From Infirmifilum sp. (GTDB taxonomy: Archaea; Thermoproteota; Thermoprotei; Thermofilales; Thermofilaceae), in NCBI GenBank assembly GCA_041287245.1, contig JBEULP010000069.1:1-43222 (forward strand): DNA of 43,222 nucleotides. The letters run 5' to 3'. The translations under genes and the position numbers were made by a program. Positions 1 to 9,407 of this stretch are shown in pieces. The notes under the pieces were generated by a model. It was not told where the DNA came from. It saw only the letters and a list, made by a program, of their open reading frames with translations, and did no database searches. Position 1 is the stretch's first letter. Each line of letters opens with the position of its first letter.

Positions 1-651
1 TTGACTAGGGTTGAGGACATCTCTCCCGAGGCTCTCGGGACTGCTAGGCTTGTAGAGGAGAGGAAGGTTGCCGACGAGAAGATGGTGTTCGTAGAAGGAT
101 GCCCCAACCCGAAGAGCGTAACAATACTCGTACGAGGCGGATTTGAGAGAGCGGTTGACGAGGCAGAGCGTTCACTTAAAGACGCGCTCTACGCGGTGGC
201 TGACGTACTCAGACACCCCTACATAGTGCCTGGAGGCGGGGCAATCGAAGCTGAGATAGCGAAGGAGCTTAGAAGGTTTGCCACAGAAGTAGGGGGCAAG
301 GAGCAGTTGGCTATAGAGGCTTTCGCCAACGCTTTAGAGTCGATACCGAGAACTCTAGCTGAGAATGCTGGTCTTGACCCCATCGACGTCATGGCTGACC
401 TGAGAGCGGCCCACCAAGATCCCCCTAAGTGGGGTTATGGAGTTGATGTAACCAACGGAGGCGTTGCAGACATGATTGCACAGGGTATCTTCGAGCCCGC
501 TAGCGTAAAGGACCATGCTATCAAAGTTGCAACTGAAGCGGCTACAATGATTCTCAGGATCGACGATATAATCAGCGCTTCAAAGCTGGAGAGCAAGAAA
601 GAGGAAAAGAAGGGTAAGGAAGAAGGAGAGGAGAAGAGCGAGTTCGACTAA
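1..651 (+). CDS. Thermosome (group II chaperonin) subunit, C-terminal part; 5' end lies outside the window
   Basis: Motifs VDEAERSLKDAL, VPGGGAIEAE, IPRTLAENAGLD, MILRIDDII; charged C-terminal tail. Confidence 0.97.
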   Translation: MTRVEDISPEALGTARLVEERKVADEKMVFVEGCPNPKSVTILVRGGFERAVDEAERSLKDALYAVADVLRHPYIVPGGGAIEAEIAKELRRFATEVGGKEQLAIEAFANALESIPRTLAENAGLDPIDVMADLRAAHQDPPKWGYGVDVTNGGVADMIAQGIFEPASVKDHAIKVATEAATMILRIDDIISASKLESKKEEKKGKEEGEEKSEFD

Positions 652-671
652 GTTCCTGTTCTTCAGGAAAA

Positions 672-700
672 TTTTTATTTTTTCTCTTTCTTTCAGTTTT
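672..700 (+). terminator. T-rich tract: likely thermosome terminator, possibly overlapping a promoter for the next gene
   Basis: TTTTTATTTTTTCTCTTTCTTTCAGTTTT shortly after the stop codon; archaeal oligo-T termination. Confidence 0.5.
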
Positions 701-1282
701 ATGTCGCAAGATGCTTTATGCAGTGTTGAAAAAGCTATACTAGTCACCGGTCTCCCTGGATCTGGAAAAAGCATTTTTGGTAGCGTAGCAGCCGCGAGGG
801 GTATTCCTGTAATTAACATGGGCGATATTATTCGTGGAATCGCACGGGAAAGATCCCTGGAGACTACAGATAAAAACTTGGGCATGATAGCAAAAGAGAT
901 ACGTGAGAAGCTGGGGAATGCGGCTGTAGCTATTCTAGCATTGGAGAAAGCATGTGCATCGGGAAGTAAGTTGGTAGTAATCGAGGGTGTAAGAAGTCTA
1001 GAAGAGCTCAGATATATACAGGAAAAAGTATCGCAGTCAGTGCTAATTGCCTTTCACTCATCACCAAGGACGAGGTTTAGGCGCCTCATGGAACGTGGAA
1101 GGAAAGATGACCCTAAAAGCTGGGAGGAATTTAAGGAGCGTGACCACCGTGAGCTTAGCTTTGGGATAGGCTCTGTAATAGCACTTGCCGACGTCATGAT
1201 TGTGAACGAGAATCTCAGCATAACGCAGCTTAGCGCTATTGTCGAAGACGCTCTAAATAAAATTTTGACGGGCGATGATTGA
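701..1282 (+). CDS. UPF0200 nucleotide kinase-family protein (archaeal dephospho-CoA kinase-like)
   Basis: P-loop GLPGSGKS, MGDIIR, VVIEGVRS, RGRKDD, ERDHRELSFG. Confidence 0.85.
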   Translation: MSQDALCSVEKAILVTGLPGSGKSIFGSVAAARGIPVINMGDIIRGIARERSLETTDKNLGMIAKEIREKLGNAAVAILALEKACASGSKLVVIEGVRSLEELRYIQEKVSQSVLIAFHSSPRTRFRRLMERGRKDDPKSWEEFKERDHRELSFGIGSVIALADVMIVNENLSITQLSAIVEDALNKILTGDD

Positions 1283-1731
1283 TGATTGTGTTGGCTCGCG
1301 CTCCCCTGTATGCAACAGAAGCTGCTGACAAAGTAGTGAAGGCGATTAAAAATGTCCTTGGATTCGAGGTGAACGAGTGTAACATAGAGGGCTCGGAGAG
1401 ATACCAAGAGGTTATCTGTCGCTCAGAGTCCCACAAGCCCCTCGAAAAGCTTTCAAGCCTATTAAGATCCCAACGGATACTAGACGCGGCTAGGAGCTAC
1501 ATCACCAGATCTTCCTCGAAAGCCACATTCACCTTTTATCTAAACAAACAGGCAGCTTTTCAAGGCCGTGTGAGTTTTTGCTCCTTCGAGACAGGAGAGA
1601 GCCCCCTAGGCGCTATAACTGTTATTATCGACCTAGGAGAATGCAACCCGGATCTCTTCCTAAACTGGCTTGCCCCTGAGACTAGAGATGGAAGACCAAT
1701 CAACGAAGAACCCTCCTTCCGATGCACATAA
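1279..1731 (+). CDS. UPF0201 (COG1931) RNA-binding domain protein
   Basis: TEAADKVVKAI, QRILDAAR, LNKQAAFQG, SPLGAI; usual neighbour of the UPF0200 kinase. Confidence 0.85.
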   Translation: MMIVLARAPLYATEAADKVVKAIKNVLGFEVNECNIEGSERYQEVICRSESHKPLEKLSSLLRSQRILDAARSYITRSSSKATFTFYLNKQAAFQGRVSFCSFETGESPLGAITVIIDLGECNPDLFLNWLAPETRDGRPINEEPSFRCT

Positions 1732-1739
1732 GCCTAAAG

Positions 1740-2696
1740 CTACGTCTTCACAGATGCCGTCGGCCTGGCCACGCGAATAACTCGAGGCCTTTTAGCCTCA
1801 ACCTCCACTGTTAAGCCTTTCTCGGCGAGTACTGTTCGATGAAAGTATTTCCTCGCCTCTTCTAAAAAAGGAGAGAGATCTGTATACCGAGTGCTGAAAT
1901 GAGTCAAAACTAGGAGGTTGACTCGAGCTAGAGACGCTAGGAAAGCTGCCTCGCTAGCCGTTGAATGCGTGACCTCCGCCCGCCCCTCCCGGTCGCTTGA
2001 AAGAAAGGTGCTTTCATGGACTAACACGTCTGCACCTAAGCTTTTCGCGCCGAATCTAGCATTTGGCATCGTATCTCCACTATAGGCAATTTTTATTCCC
2101 GGGATCTTTTCCAGGACAAACTCCTCAAGGGTGTATAATCTACCTTTCAGCTTTACATATCCTCTCTCCAGAAGCTTCCGTCTAAGCCTGCCAGGGATCG
2201 CCTCTTTCTGTAGCTTGTAACCGTCAAGTCGTATTTTTTCACGTGTTTCCAGTACATAAGAATAAGATATATGAGAGTGTGGGGATTGGACGTATGTTAG
2301 CCGTATATCGTTATCGCCTTGTAGCGGCAGTGTCCCCTCCTCAGAGGATAGTTCTGTGATGTTTACAAGGAAGCTCTGTTTTAAAACGTTTCTAGTAGGG
2401 ATAAGCTCGCCCAGTCCAGGAGGGCCTATCAGGTGCACAGGCTCGCTTCTACCTGCAAGCTGCAATGACTCTAAGAGTGGTACAAGACCATAGATGTGAT
2501 CCCCGTGAAGATGCGAGACTAAAATGTATAATGGGGAGGTGTAGCTGAGCCCAAAATACTCGAAGGCGCCCTGACAAAGCTCTCCCGCGTCAAAGAGTAT
2601 CAGCCTTTTATCAATCTTAAGAATTATGCAGGGGGGTAGTCTATCCTTGAATGGTCTCGTACTACTAACCCCCCAGAACATCAGCCTAGCACTCAT
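1740..2696 (-). CDS. rnz: Ribonuclease Z (tRNA 3' endonuclease)
   Basis: Metallo-beta-lactamase SHLHGDH, LFDAGE, YSGDT, HESTF, HSTA, THFSTRY; flexible-arm insert; start placed at ATG 2696. Confidence 0.92.
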   Translation of the reverse strand: MSARLMFWGVSSTRPFKDRLPPCIILKIDKRLILFDAGELCQGAFEYFGLSYTSPLYILVSHLHGDHIYGLVPLLESLQLAGRSEPVHLIGPPGLGELIPTRNVLKQSFLVNITELSSEEGTLPLQGDNDIRLTYVQSPHSHISYSYVLETREKIRLDGYKLQKEAIPGRLRRKLLERGYVKLKGRLYTLEEFVLEKIPGIKIAYSGDTMPNARFGAKSLGADVLVHESTFLSSDREGRAEVTHSTASEAAFLASLARVNLLVLTHFSTRYTDLSPFLEEARKYFHRTVLAEKGLTVEVEAKRPRVIRVARPTASVKT

Positions 2697-3726
2697 CACC
2701 AAGACACCAGACACACCTTGTGAGCCTTGAATGCTCGAATATACAGCATTTCTCCTTGAATCCCATCTCTATTAATTTTTCCCTAATGAAATCCCTAGGG
2801 TATAAAAAGACGCACTTACCTTCTTCCTTCAGAATAAAACGTACTTGCCTAAGAAAATTCAGCAGGAGTTCATGAGCCTTTTCACTTTTCACCGGTGCAA
2901 GACGCCCATACGGCGGGTCGAAGGCTATAGCATTAAATGACTTCTCCCTTAAAGGAGGAAATGCAGCATCAGCTAAAATGAAATCTATGTTTCCATAGAG
3001 GTTGTATTGAATAGCATTTCTTCGTGCACCTCTAATGGGCCTGTAATAAACTTCTATGCCCACAGCATAAAAGCCCAGCAAAGCCGCCTCAATTAAGTTG
3101 CCGCCGGAGCCGCAGAAAGGGTCAAGAAATGTTCCTGAAGCTTCAAGGCTAAAAGGCTGCGAAGATAAATTCACCAAGAACAGAGCCATCTTAGGCGAAA
3201 GCGCTGAGAACTGGACAAAAGCCCTCTTCTCCGGCGAGCGGTAGATAAATCTATCCCTGCGGATGCTTCTTAATAAGACGCCCCAATACGCCTTTTTCTC
3301 CCTGAAGTCAACAATTAGATAATATCTTTGCTCCTTTGGATAAATTTTATCCCGCGATAGCTCTTCCTCAAGGGATAATTTCTTTAATAGACAATCTAGT
3401 AGCCAGCTGGGAGGTTTGCCCTCGGGATTGTTGATAAAGAGATATCTCACACCTTGCGGTAGCGGAACTCGAGCGTCGCGGGAACCAGATAAATTGGATA
3501 GGCAGTCTGAAAAATCAGTCACACTAAGAACAGAAACGATATCTCTCAGAGTTACGGAGCGATAAGCCAACTCATAGAGCCTAAAGAGGTTTATATGCCC
3601 CCTCAACTCTATCACATTACGCCCTATCACGTGTGCTGTCACGCCAGACGCTAGAAGATCCTTCAAAATCAGGTCGGCGTCTGCACTGCTGCACTCACCA
3701 AAGCTTTGCTTAAAAATAAGGATCAG
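2686..3726 (-). CDS. Trm11/TrmG10-like SAM-dependent tRNA methyltransferase; start uncertain (TTG 3666 or CTG 3726)
   Basis: LDPFCGSGGNLIEA motif I, DPPYG motif IV, C-terminal HSRLTR; frame is open up to 3750. Confidence 0.75.
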   Translation of the reverse strand: MILIFKQSFGECSSADADLILKDLLASGVTAHVIGRNVIELRGHINLFRLYELAYRSVTLRDIVSVLSVTDFSDCLSNLSGSRDARVPLPQGVRYLFINNPEGKPPSWLLDCLLKKLSLEEELSRDKIYPKEQRYYLIVDFREKKAYWGVLLRSIRRDRFIYRSPEKRAFVQFSALSPKMALFLVNLSSQPFSLEASGTFLDPFCGSGGNLIEAALLGFYAVGIEVYYRPIRGARRNAIQYNLYGNIDFILADAAFPPLREKSFNAIAFDPPYGRLAPVKSEKAHELLLNFLRQVRFILKEEGKCVFLYPRDFIREKLIEMGFKEKCCIFEHSRLTRCVWCLGDEC

Positions 3727-3750
3727 GCTCTTCTCCTCTACCGTCGAGGT

Positions 3751-4833
3751 TTACCTCTGGCTCCGTTTCTCAAGAGGTAGTATTGCTACAAAAAACACAA
3801 TGAAGCCCAGGACGATGAAAGACCATGTTAGAACTCCTCGGATGTCTCCTCCCCCAGAAAGATACTTGGAAACCTCCAGCAACAGTTGGCGAGAAATTAG
3901 AACGGTTGTCAGAGCGAATGCATCAGAGATCCGCGGAGGCTTATGCTCGAGAAAAGTGTCCACGACCTTTCCGAAAAACGGTAGAGCTGCGGAAAGCACG
4001 AAGAGATCTATGGTAAGAAGCTGTGCGCCAATCGACGCTAATAGCATCTCGCCGAGGGCGTAGAAGAACCCCTTGGAGACGGTTTGGACGAACACCGTTA
4101 AGCCTTGGATTGCTCCTAACAAGAGGAGCAGTCCCGAGAGTACCAATGTTGTGAACGTTATAGGTCTGGATGCATATATGCTTCGTAGCGCGGCGTCAAG
4201 GTTGTAGCCTCTTATAGCGAGTATTATCCCGGTGAAAGTCAATATCAAGGGCCATACAAATTGGGGCAGTAGGGTAGAGAGGATGGCATACGTGACTAGA
4301 AAAGTCCCGCTTAAACCCAGCGAAAATCTACGGTATTTTTCTTCCGTGAATAGCTTCTTTGCATAGTTAACTAATAACACGAAGGTCTCCTCAACACCTC
4401 TGGACTGCTGAACTATGACTCTCCGGACAGAAATCAATGGGAGTCTCGACTGTATAAGAGGGGCCACCGCCTCGTCTGTAGGGCCATCAGAAACAAGTAT
4501 CGCGCCCGTGAATTTTTCCCTCGAGAGAATAGTGTCTAACTCGCGGAGAATTTTGATATCAGCTTCAACACCCTCTTGAGACAACCCTGCCAGCAGCGCA
4601 ACCTCAACCTTACCCTTATAGCCTTTCGACTCCAAATCCCTGTAGGTCTGTATAGCGGCGAACAATGCATTCGAATCCGAATCCTCAGGGCGCTTTAAGA
4701 TATAATCCAAGGCAACCTTAAGGATATTTTCTTCGCCCACTATTGGTGTTGAAATCCCGAGAACATCCCCTACGTCATTATCCCTATCAACACAGAGGAT
4801 AATGATTCTCTCGCCTTCACCAGCAGCCTTCAA
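3751..4833 (-). CDS. DUF373 (COG2237) membrane protein
   Basis: LCVDRDNDVG, PEDSDSN, VSDGPTDE, VIVQQSRGVE, then several TM helices. Confidence 0.88.
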   Translation of the reverse strand: MKAAGEGERIIILCVDRDNDVGDVLGISTPIVGEENILKVALDYILKRPEDSDSNALFAAIQTYRDLESKGYKGKVEVALLAGLSQEGVEADIKILRELDTILSREKFTGAILVSDGPTDEAVAPLIQSRLPLISVRRVIVQQSRGVEETFVLLVNYAKKLFTEEKYRRFSLGLSGTFLVTYAILSTLLPQFVWPLILTFTGIILAIRGYNLDAALRSIYASRPITFTTLVLSGLLLLLGAIQGLTVFVQTVSKGFFYALGEMLLASIGAQLLTIDLFVLSAALPFFGKVVDTFLEHKPPRISDAFALTTVLISRQLLLEVSKYLSGGGDIRGVLTWSFIVLGFIVFFVAILPLEKRSQR

Positions 4834-4937
4834 GAGATTATCCCATAATCAAAACCACATCCATGACTATTAGGTTTTCTTTTCATCGAAAATCTATACT
4901 TGAAACAGCTAAGGAAAATAGAGCCTAAAAACACGCG

Positions 4938-6287
4938 CTAAGCTTTAAGGTGAGAACGCAGAAAATCTAGGACGATTTCTTTGAGCCCGGGATATGCGAC
5001 GTCACGGGCTTCATAGAAAACCCTGACAACAGGCTTGTTCAGCTTAAGGTATTGGCGCAGGTTAGACGGTGTTCCCATGACAATCGTATCCGCTGGGACT
5101 TTATTCAGAGTCTGCTCCAGATCTCGCATCTGGCTTTCCGAGTATCCTAGTGCAGGTACTACAGGGCCTAGATGGGGATACTTACTGTAGGCTTCTGCGA
5201 TTGTTCCCACAGCATAGGGCCGTGGGTCTACAATCTCGCTAGCACCGAATTGTACCGCAGCGTTATAGCCCGCTGCATGGCTCAGCGACCCATGGGTGAC
5301 TGTAGGGCCATCTTCTACGACGACAACCTTCTTACCCTTTATAAGCTCCGGGGAGTCGACGCCTAAGTCTGATGCTGTATAAACGATTTTTGCCTTTTTG
5401 TTAACTTCTCTGACGTTTCTCTCTACTTTTTCGACAGCATCCCTCTCAACAATGTTTACCTTGTTTATAACTACGACATCAGCCAATTCAACGTTGACAT
5501 AGCCAGGATAGGAGCCCAGCACATCGTCAGGTCGAGTCGGATCAGCAACTGTTATATACAAATCAGGTTTGAAGAAGGGCCAGTCGTTGTTACCTCCATC
5601 CCAAATGACTATATCAGCCTCCTTCTCAGCCTCTCTTAATATCTTCTCGTAGTCAACACCTGCGTAAACTATGTTTCCCATCGCTAGATGCGGCTCGTAC
5701 TCCTCTCTTTCCTCGATGGTACACCTATGCTTCTCCAAATCCTCAAAACTGGCAAACCTTTGAACAATGCTTGCCTTGAGATCACCATATGGCATTGGAT
5801 GTCTAACCACTACGGCTCTAGCCCCTGCTTCTCGGATAATCCTAGTCACATAGCGTGTGATGGTGCTTTTACCAGCGCCTGTTCTAGAGGCGGTTACGGC
5901 GATTACAGGTTTGGTGGACTTAAGCATAGTTTTCTCGGCACCAAGTAATATGAAATCCGCTCCTGCGGATATCACGCGACTAGCTTTATCCATAACCTCG
6001 GAGAATCTGAGGTCACTGTAGGACAGATAAACTTCATCAACCTTGTATTTTTTGATGAGTTCTTCAAGCATCCACTCAGGGTAAATAGGTATACCCTCAG
6101 GATATAGGTCGCCGGCCAGCTCCGGTGGATATTTACGGTTATCTATAAACGGTATCTGTGCAGCCGTAAAGGCTACTACCTCAAAAGAAGGGTTATCCCT
6201 AAAAATAACATTAAAATTGTGGAAGTCTCGCCCTGCGGCTCCCATGATAATGACTCTTCTCCTCCCCGTTATAGAACTTCGAGCCAT
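4938..6287 (-). CDS. COG2403 P-loop protein (cyclic 2,3-DPG synthetase-like); probable arginine synthetase (ArcE-type)
   Basis: MGAAGRDFHNFN, VAFTAAQIP, RTGAGKS, RHPMPYGDL, TIEEREEYEPH, WDGGNND, EDGPTVTHG; start placed at ATG 6287. Confidence 0.8.
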   Translation of the reverse strand: MARSSITGRRRVIIMGAAGRDFHNFNVIFRDNPSFEVVAFTAAQIPFIDNRKYPPELAGDLYPEGIPIYPEWMLEELIKKYKVDEVYLSYSDLRFSEVMDKASRVISAGADFILLGAEKTMLKSTKPVIAVTASRTGAGKSTITRYVTRIIREAGARAVVVRHPMPYGDLKASIVQRFASFEDLEKHRCTIEEREEYEPHLAMGNIVYAGVDYEKILREAEKEADIVIWDGGNNDWPFFKPDLYITVADPTRPDDVLGSYPGYVNVELADVVVINKVNIVERDAVEKVERNVREVNKKAKIVYTASDLGVDSPELIKGKKVVVVEDGPTVTHGSLSHAAGYNAAVQFGASEIVDPRPYAVGTIAEAYSKYPHLGPVVPALGYSESQMRDLEQTLNKVPADTIVMGTPSNLRQYLKLNKPVVRVFYEARDVAYPGLKEIVLDFLRSHLKA

Positions 6288-6293
6288 AAATTT

Positions 6294-6312
6294 CAATGTT
6301 GAATTTACATTG
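6294..6312. promoter_or_regulatory. Inverted repeat CAATGT-N7-ACATTG between the putative TATA box and start of the COG2403 gene; operator candidate
   Basis: CAATGTTGAATTTACATTG; minus-strand TTTATTTA at about 6326-6319. Confidence 0.45.
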
Positions 6313-6453
6313 GTGAAATAAATAAATTTTTGTAAAAGATTTTAAGAACATAAGGTAAATGTATAAATTGTTGTCTTATTATCCGTATTTAACTAAAAAT
6401 ACATTCAGATAATGCCCTCAACCCTTTAATTAATATACTGGTTTTATAATAAC

Positions 6454-6861
6454 GTGTGCCGTAGGGTAATCGTTGACACAAGTGTGTGGATGTACATCGT
6501 GGAGAAAAGATTAGACCCCATAGAAGTTCTCTTCTCAACATACCCGCCGGTCTGCCAGGTTATTATTCCCGATGTTGTTGAGAAGGAGCTAGAGCTCCTC
6601 GCAAGGGAGAGTGCTTCTAGGAGAGGAAAAAATGCGGCTGTCGCTCTTCTGTTGATAAAGGAAATGGGTGTCAGGAACAGCTCTATCATAACGCATATTT
6701 CGATAGGCGAGATTTATAGCGATGTTGACACAGTGATAATCAATACAGCTAAACAAGGTGGATATGTTTTAGCTACGGCGGATAGGCGAATGAAAAAGCT
6801 TGCTGAACAAAAAGGAGTGGAGGTAATGTTTCTACGTGGGGCGAAGGGAAGGCTTATATAG
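6454..6861 (+). CDS. PIN-domain ribonuclease (Fcf1/Utp24-like archaeal family)
   Basis: VIVDTS, VEKELE, DVDTVI, LATADRRMK acidic-residue pattern. Confidence 0.85.
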   Translation: MCRRVIVDTSVWMYIVEKRLDPIEVLFSTYPPVCQVIIPDVVEKELELLARESASRRGKNAAVALLLIKEMGVRNSSIITHISIGEIYSDVDTVIINTAKQGGYVLATADRRMKKLAEQKGVEVMFLRGAKGRLI

Positions 6862-6870
6862 AGCAAAAAA

Positions 6871-6908
6871 CAGAAAAGTTTAAATAGCTTTGAAAAAAAC
6901 CTTAAATA
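6871..6908 (+). promoter_or_regulatory. Tandem BRE-TATA elements upstream of tfb
   Basis: CAGAAAAG-TTTAAATA (6871-6886) and GAAAAAAAC-CTTAAATA (6892-6908). Confidence 0.55.
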
Positions 6909-6925
6909 GGTTTCGGTGTTGAAAA

Positions 6926-7888
6926 ATGACAAGTAGGGAGTTTAAAAAGGATGAGCTTTCTCACGAAGAAGAATTCGAGCTAAGATGCCCTCACTGTGGA
7001 AGCACCAAGCTAATCTACGATGCTACTCGAGGCGAGATAATTTGTGCAAACTGCGGCTATGTTATGAGTGAACGAGAAGTTGACCGCGGCGCTGAATGGA
7101 GAGCATTTACTCCAGAGGAAAGAGAGAGAAGGAGCAGAGTAGGAGCCCCTATTTCACGGTTCGGGATTGAGAGCCTTGTAACCGACATAGATTGGGCAGG
7201 TCGCGACGCCGCGGGCCGCGAGATTAGCCTGCGAAAGAAGATCGAGATGCTGAGGCTGAGAAAATGGCAAGTGAGAGCTAGAGCCCAAAGCTCGATGGAG
7301 AGAAACCTTGCCCAGGCAGTTGTCGAGCTTGAACGTCTAGGGGCACAGCTAGGGCTGCCCAAGTCTGTCCTGGATCGAGCAATTGAGATCTACCGCAAGG
7401 CACTCGACAGTAATCTTGTAAGGGGGAGGAGCATAGAGTCTGTAATGGCTGCAGCTGTATACGCAGCGTGTCGTGAGATGAGGCTTCCAAGAACCCTCGA
7501 CGAGATAGCCCTATACACTAGAGCTGGGAGGAAAGATGTTGCACGTTGCTATAGACTTTTATTGAGAGAGGCAGCCATTAAAGTCCCACTGCCCAACGCC
7601 TCGGATTTTGTTCCAAGGATAGGCTCGCTCTTGAGGCTTTCAGGCTCCACGATTAAAAGGGCTATGGAGATAATAGAACAGGCTAGGAACGCCGGCCTTA
7701 CCGCCGGCAAGGATCCAGCGGGCTTAGCAGCGGCCGCCATCTACATCGCAGCCATCCAAAACGGAGAGATGCGGACTCAGAAGGAGGTGGCGAGGGCGGC
7801 GAAAGTTACAGAGGTTACCGTGCGCAACAGATATAAGGAGCTTGTCAAGAAACTCGGCATTAAGCTACCCATAAAACCCAATCGATAG
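6926..7888 (+). CDS. tfb: Transcription initiation factor IIB
   Basis: Zn ribbon CPHC..CANC, EWRAF B-reader, [39 protein letters not shown]. Confidence 0.98.
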   Translation: MTSREFKKDELSHEEEFELRCPHCGSTKLIYDATRGEIICANCGYVMSEREVDRGAEWRAFTPEERERRSRVGAPISRFGIESLVTDIDWAGRDAAGREISLRKKIEMLRLRKWQVRARAQSSMERNLAQAVVELERLGAQLGLPKSVLDRAIEIYRKALDSNLVRGRSIESVMAAAVYAACREMRLPRTLDEIALYTRAGRKDVARCYRLLLREAAIKVPLPNASDFVPRIGSLLRLSGSTIKRAMEIIEQARNAGLTAGKDPAGLAAAAIYIAAIQNGEMRTQKEVARAAKVTEVTVRNRYKELVKKLGIKLPIKPNR

Positions 7889-7932
7889 GGTAAGACCTTC
7901 CTTTTTTTAACTTGCTGGAAGGGTAGATTTCC

Positions 7933-8766
7933 GTGTTTATTATAGGAGGATTGGGACTCTACGGTCTAAGGGACGTTTCGGTCGGTCTTCTAAGCGAATT
8001 AAAGACTGTGGACCAAGTCTTTATTGAGGAATATACGAGCCTAGCGCCAGACTTCTCAAAGTCAGAATTTGAGAAAATGATTGGGAAGCCGGTCGTCACG
8101 CTCAGGCGAAAAGACCTTGAGAATGGGGTTCTTGGTAGGATTTTGGAAGAATCTCGGGATAAGAAAATAGCTCTCTTGACATATGGAAATCCACTGGTAG
8201 CCACTACACACTCATATATTATCAGCGAGGCATACCGAAGGGGTATTCAGGTAAAAATATACCCAGCGCCTTCTGTGTTCGACGGGGTTATTTGTTCAAC
8301 AGGTCTTCACGTGTACAAGTTTGGACCTATTGCGACGCTAGTTTACCCGGAGGAGAAACTAAAGTTCTACCCTTATTCAACCTATAAAATCATAGGAGAG
8401 AATATGAAGCGTGGCTTGCACACTCTCCTCCTTCTCGATATTAAAACGGAGGAGAATAAGTTTATGAGCATTCCAGAAGCCGCTGAGGTTCTGCTTCGAT
8501 TAGAAGAAGTCTTCCAGGAGAAAATCATAAGCTCCGAGACGCTTATAATAGGTGTTTCTAGGGCTCTTTCTCCAACGGAAGAGATTTTTGTCGGAAGTAT
8601 TACCTCGGCGCTAGGCATTCAAAAATCGCCGCCGCCTCACTCCATAGTTATACCTGGGCTGCTACATGATACAGAAATAGATTTCTTAGAGTATAAACTA
8701 CACTTAGACCGTCGGGTGCTTGTCGCATGGAACAGGTATGTAGAGAAAAAGCTTCAAAATACATAG
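7933..8766 (+). CDS. dph5: Diphthine synthase
   Basis: GLGL, EEYTS, GNPLVATTH, GLHVYKFG, GLHTLLLLDI, PPPHSIVIPG. Confidence 0.93.
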   Translation: MFIIGGLGLYGLRDVSVGLLSELKTVDQVFIEEYTSLAPDFSKSEFEKMIGKPVVTLRRKDLENGVLGRILEESRDKKIALLTYGNPLVATTHSYIISEAYRRGIQVKIYPAPSVFDGVICSTGLHVYKFGPIATLVYPEEKLKFYPYSTYKIIGENMKRGLHTLLLLDIKTEENKFMSIPEAAEVLLRLEEVFQEKIISSETLIIGVSRALSPTEEIFVGSITSALGIQKSPPPHSIVIPGLLHDTEIDFLEYKLHLDRRVLVAWNRYVEKKLQNT

Positions 8767-9407
8767 CTAACGTTGACGGTGCACTAGCAAGCCTGCAGAC
8801 TCCTACAAAGGAAAAAGATGTTGAATCTGTTGTTGAGCAGGCAAAGCTGTATCTCTCCGACGCCCAGTACTACTTAGGCACTGGAGATTGCTTGACGTCC
8901 ATCGCGTGCGCTTCCTATGCTGAGGGCCTTCTTGACGCTCTTCGCATGCTAGGATTGGCAGCCTTTCAGTGGGGGACGCAACGTGGCTCTCTCTCGGATA
9001 AAAAGGTCCTCGTAGGCGGAGTTTTCGACGTATTGCACCCCGGCCACATATATTTTCTACGAAAAGCCAGCGAGTACGGCAAAGTTTACGTCGTGGTAGC
9101 GCGCGATTCAACAGTACAGGAGACAAAGGGGAAAAAACCTTTAATGGATGAGAAGGATAGAGTACTACTTTTGAACAGTTTGAAGTTTGTGGAGGAGGCT
9201 TTTCTTGGCGATTATCCCCCGGATTTTGCAAGGGTTATCGAAAAGGTAAAGCCTGATTATATAGTTCTCGGTGCTGATCAAAAATGGCTTAAACCGCAAA
9301 TAGATGAAGCCCTTAAAAAGATAAGCTCTGCTCCCGAGGTTATAGTGATTGAAGAAAGAATCGAAGGCTATTCGTCTACTAATCTTAGGAAGAAACTAGA
9401 AGCTTAG
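8727..9407 (+). CDS. DUF357 domain fused to a cytidylyltransferase-family (RibL/FAD synthetase-like) domain
   Basis: N-term YLSDAQYYL..ASYAEGLLDALR (DUF357); C-term GGVFDVLHPGH, VVVARD, LGADQ, SST. Confidence 0.85.
   Translation: MEQVCREKASKYIANVDGALASLQTPTKEKDVESVVEQAKLYLSDAQYYLGTGDCLTSIACASYAEGLLDALRMLGLAAFQWGTQRGSLSDKKVLVGGVFDVLHPGHIYFLRKASEYGKVYVVVARDSTVQETKGKKPLMDEKDRVLLLNSLKFVEEAFLGDYPPDFARVIEKVKPDYIVLGADQKWLKPQIDEALKKISSAPEVIVIEERIEGYSSTNLRKKLEA

Noticed and set aside
6454..6861. PIN protein as a VapC toxin
   Set aside because: No antitoxin gene upstream; resembles the housekeeping Fcf1-like PIN family
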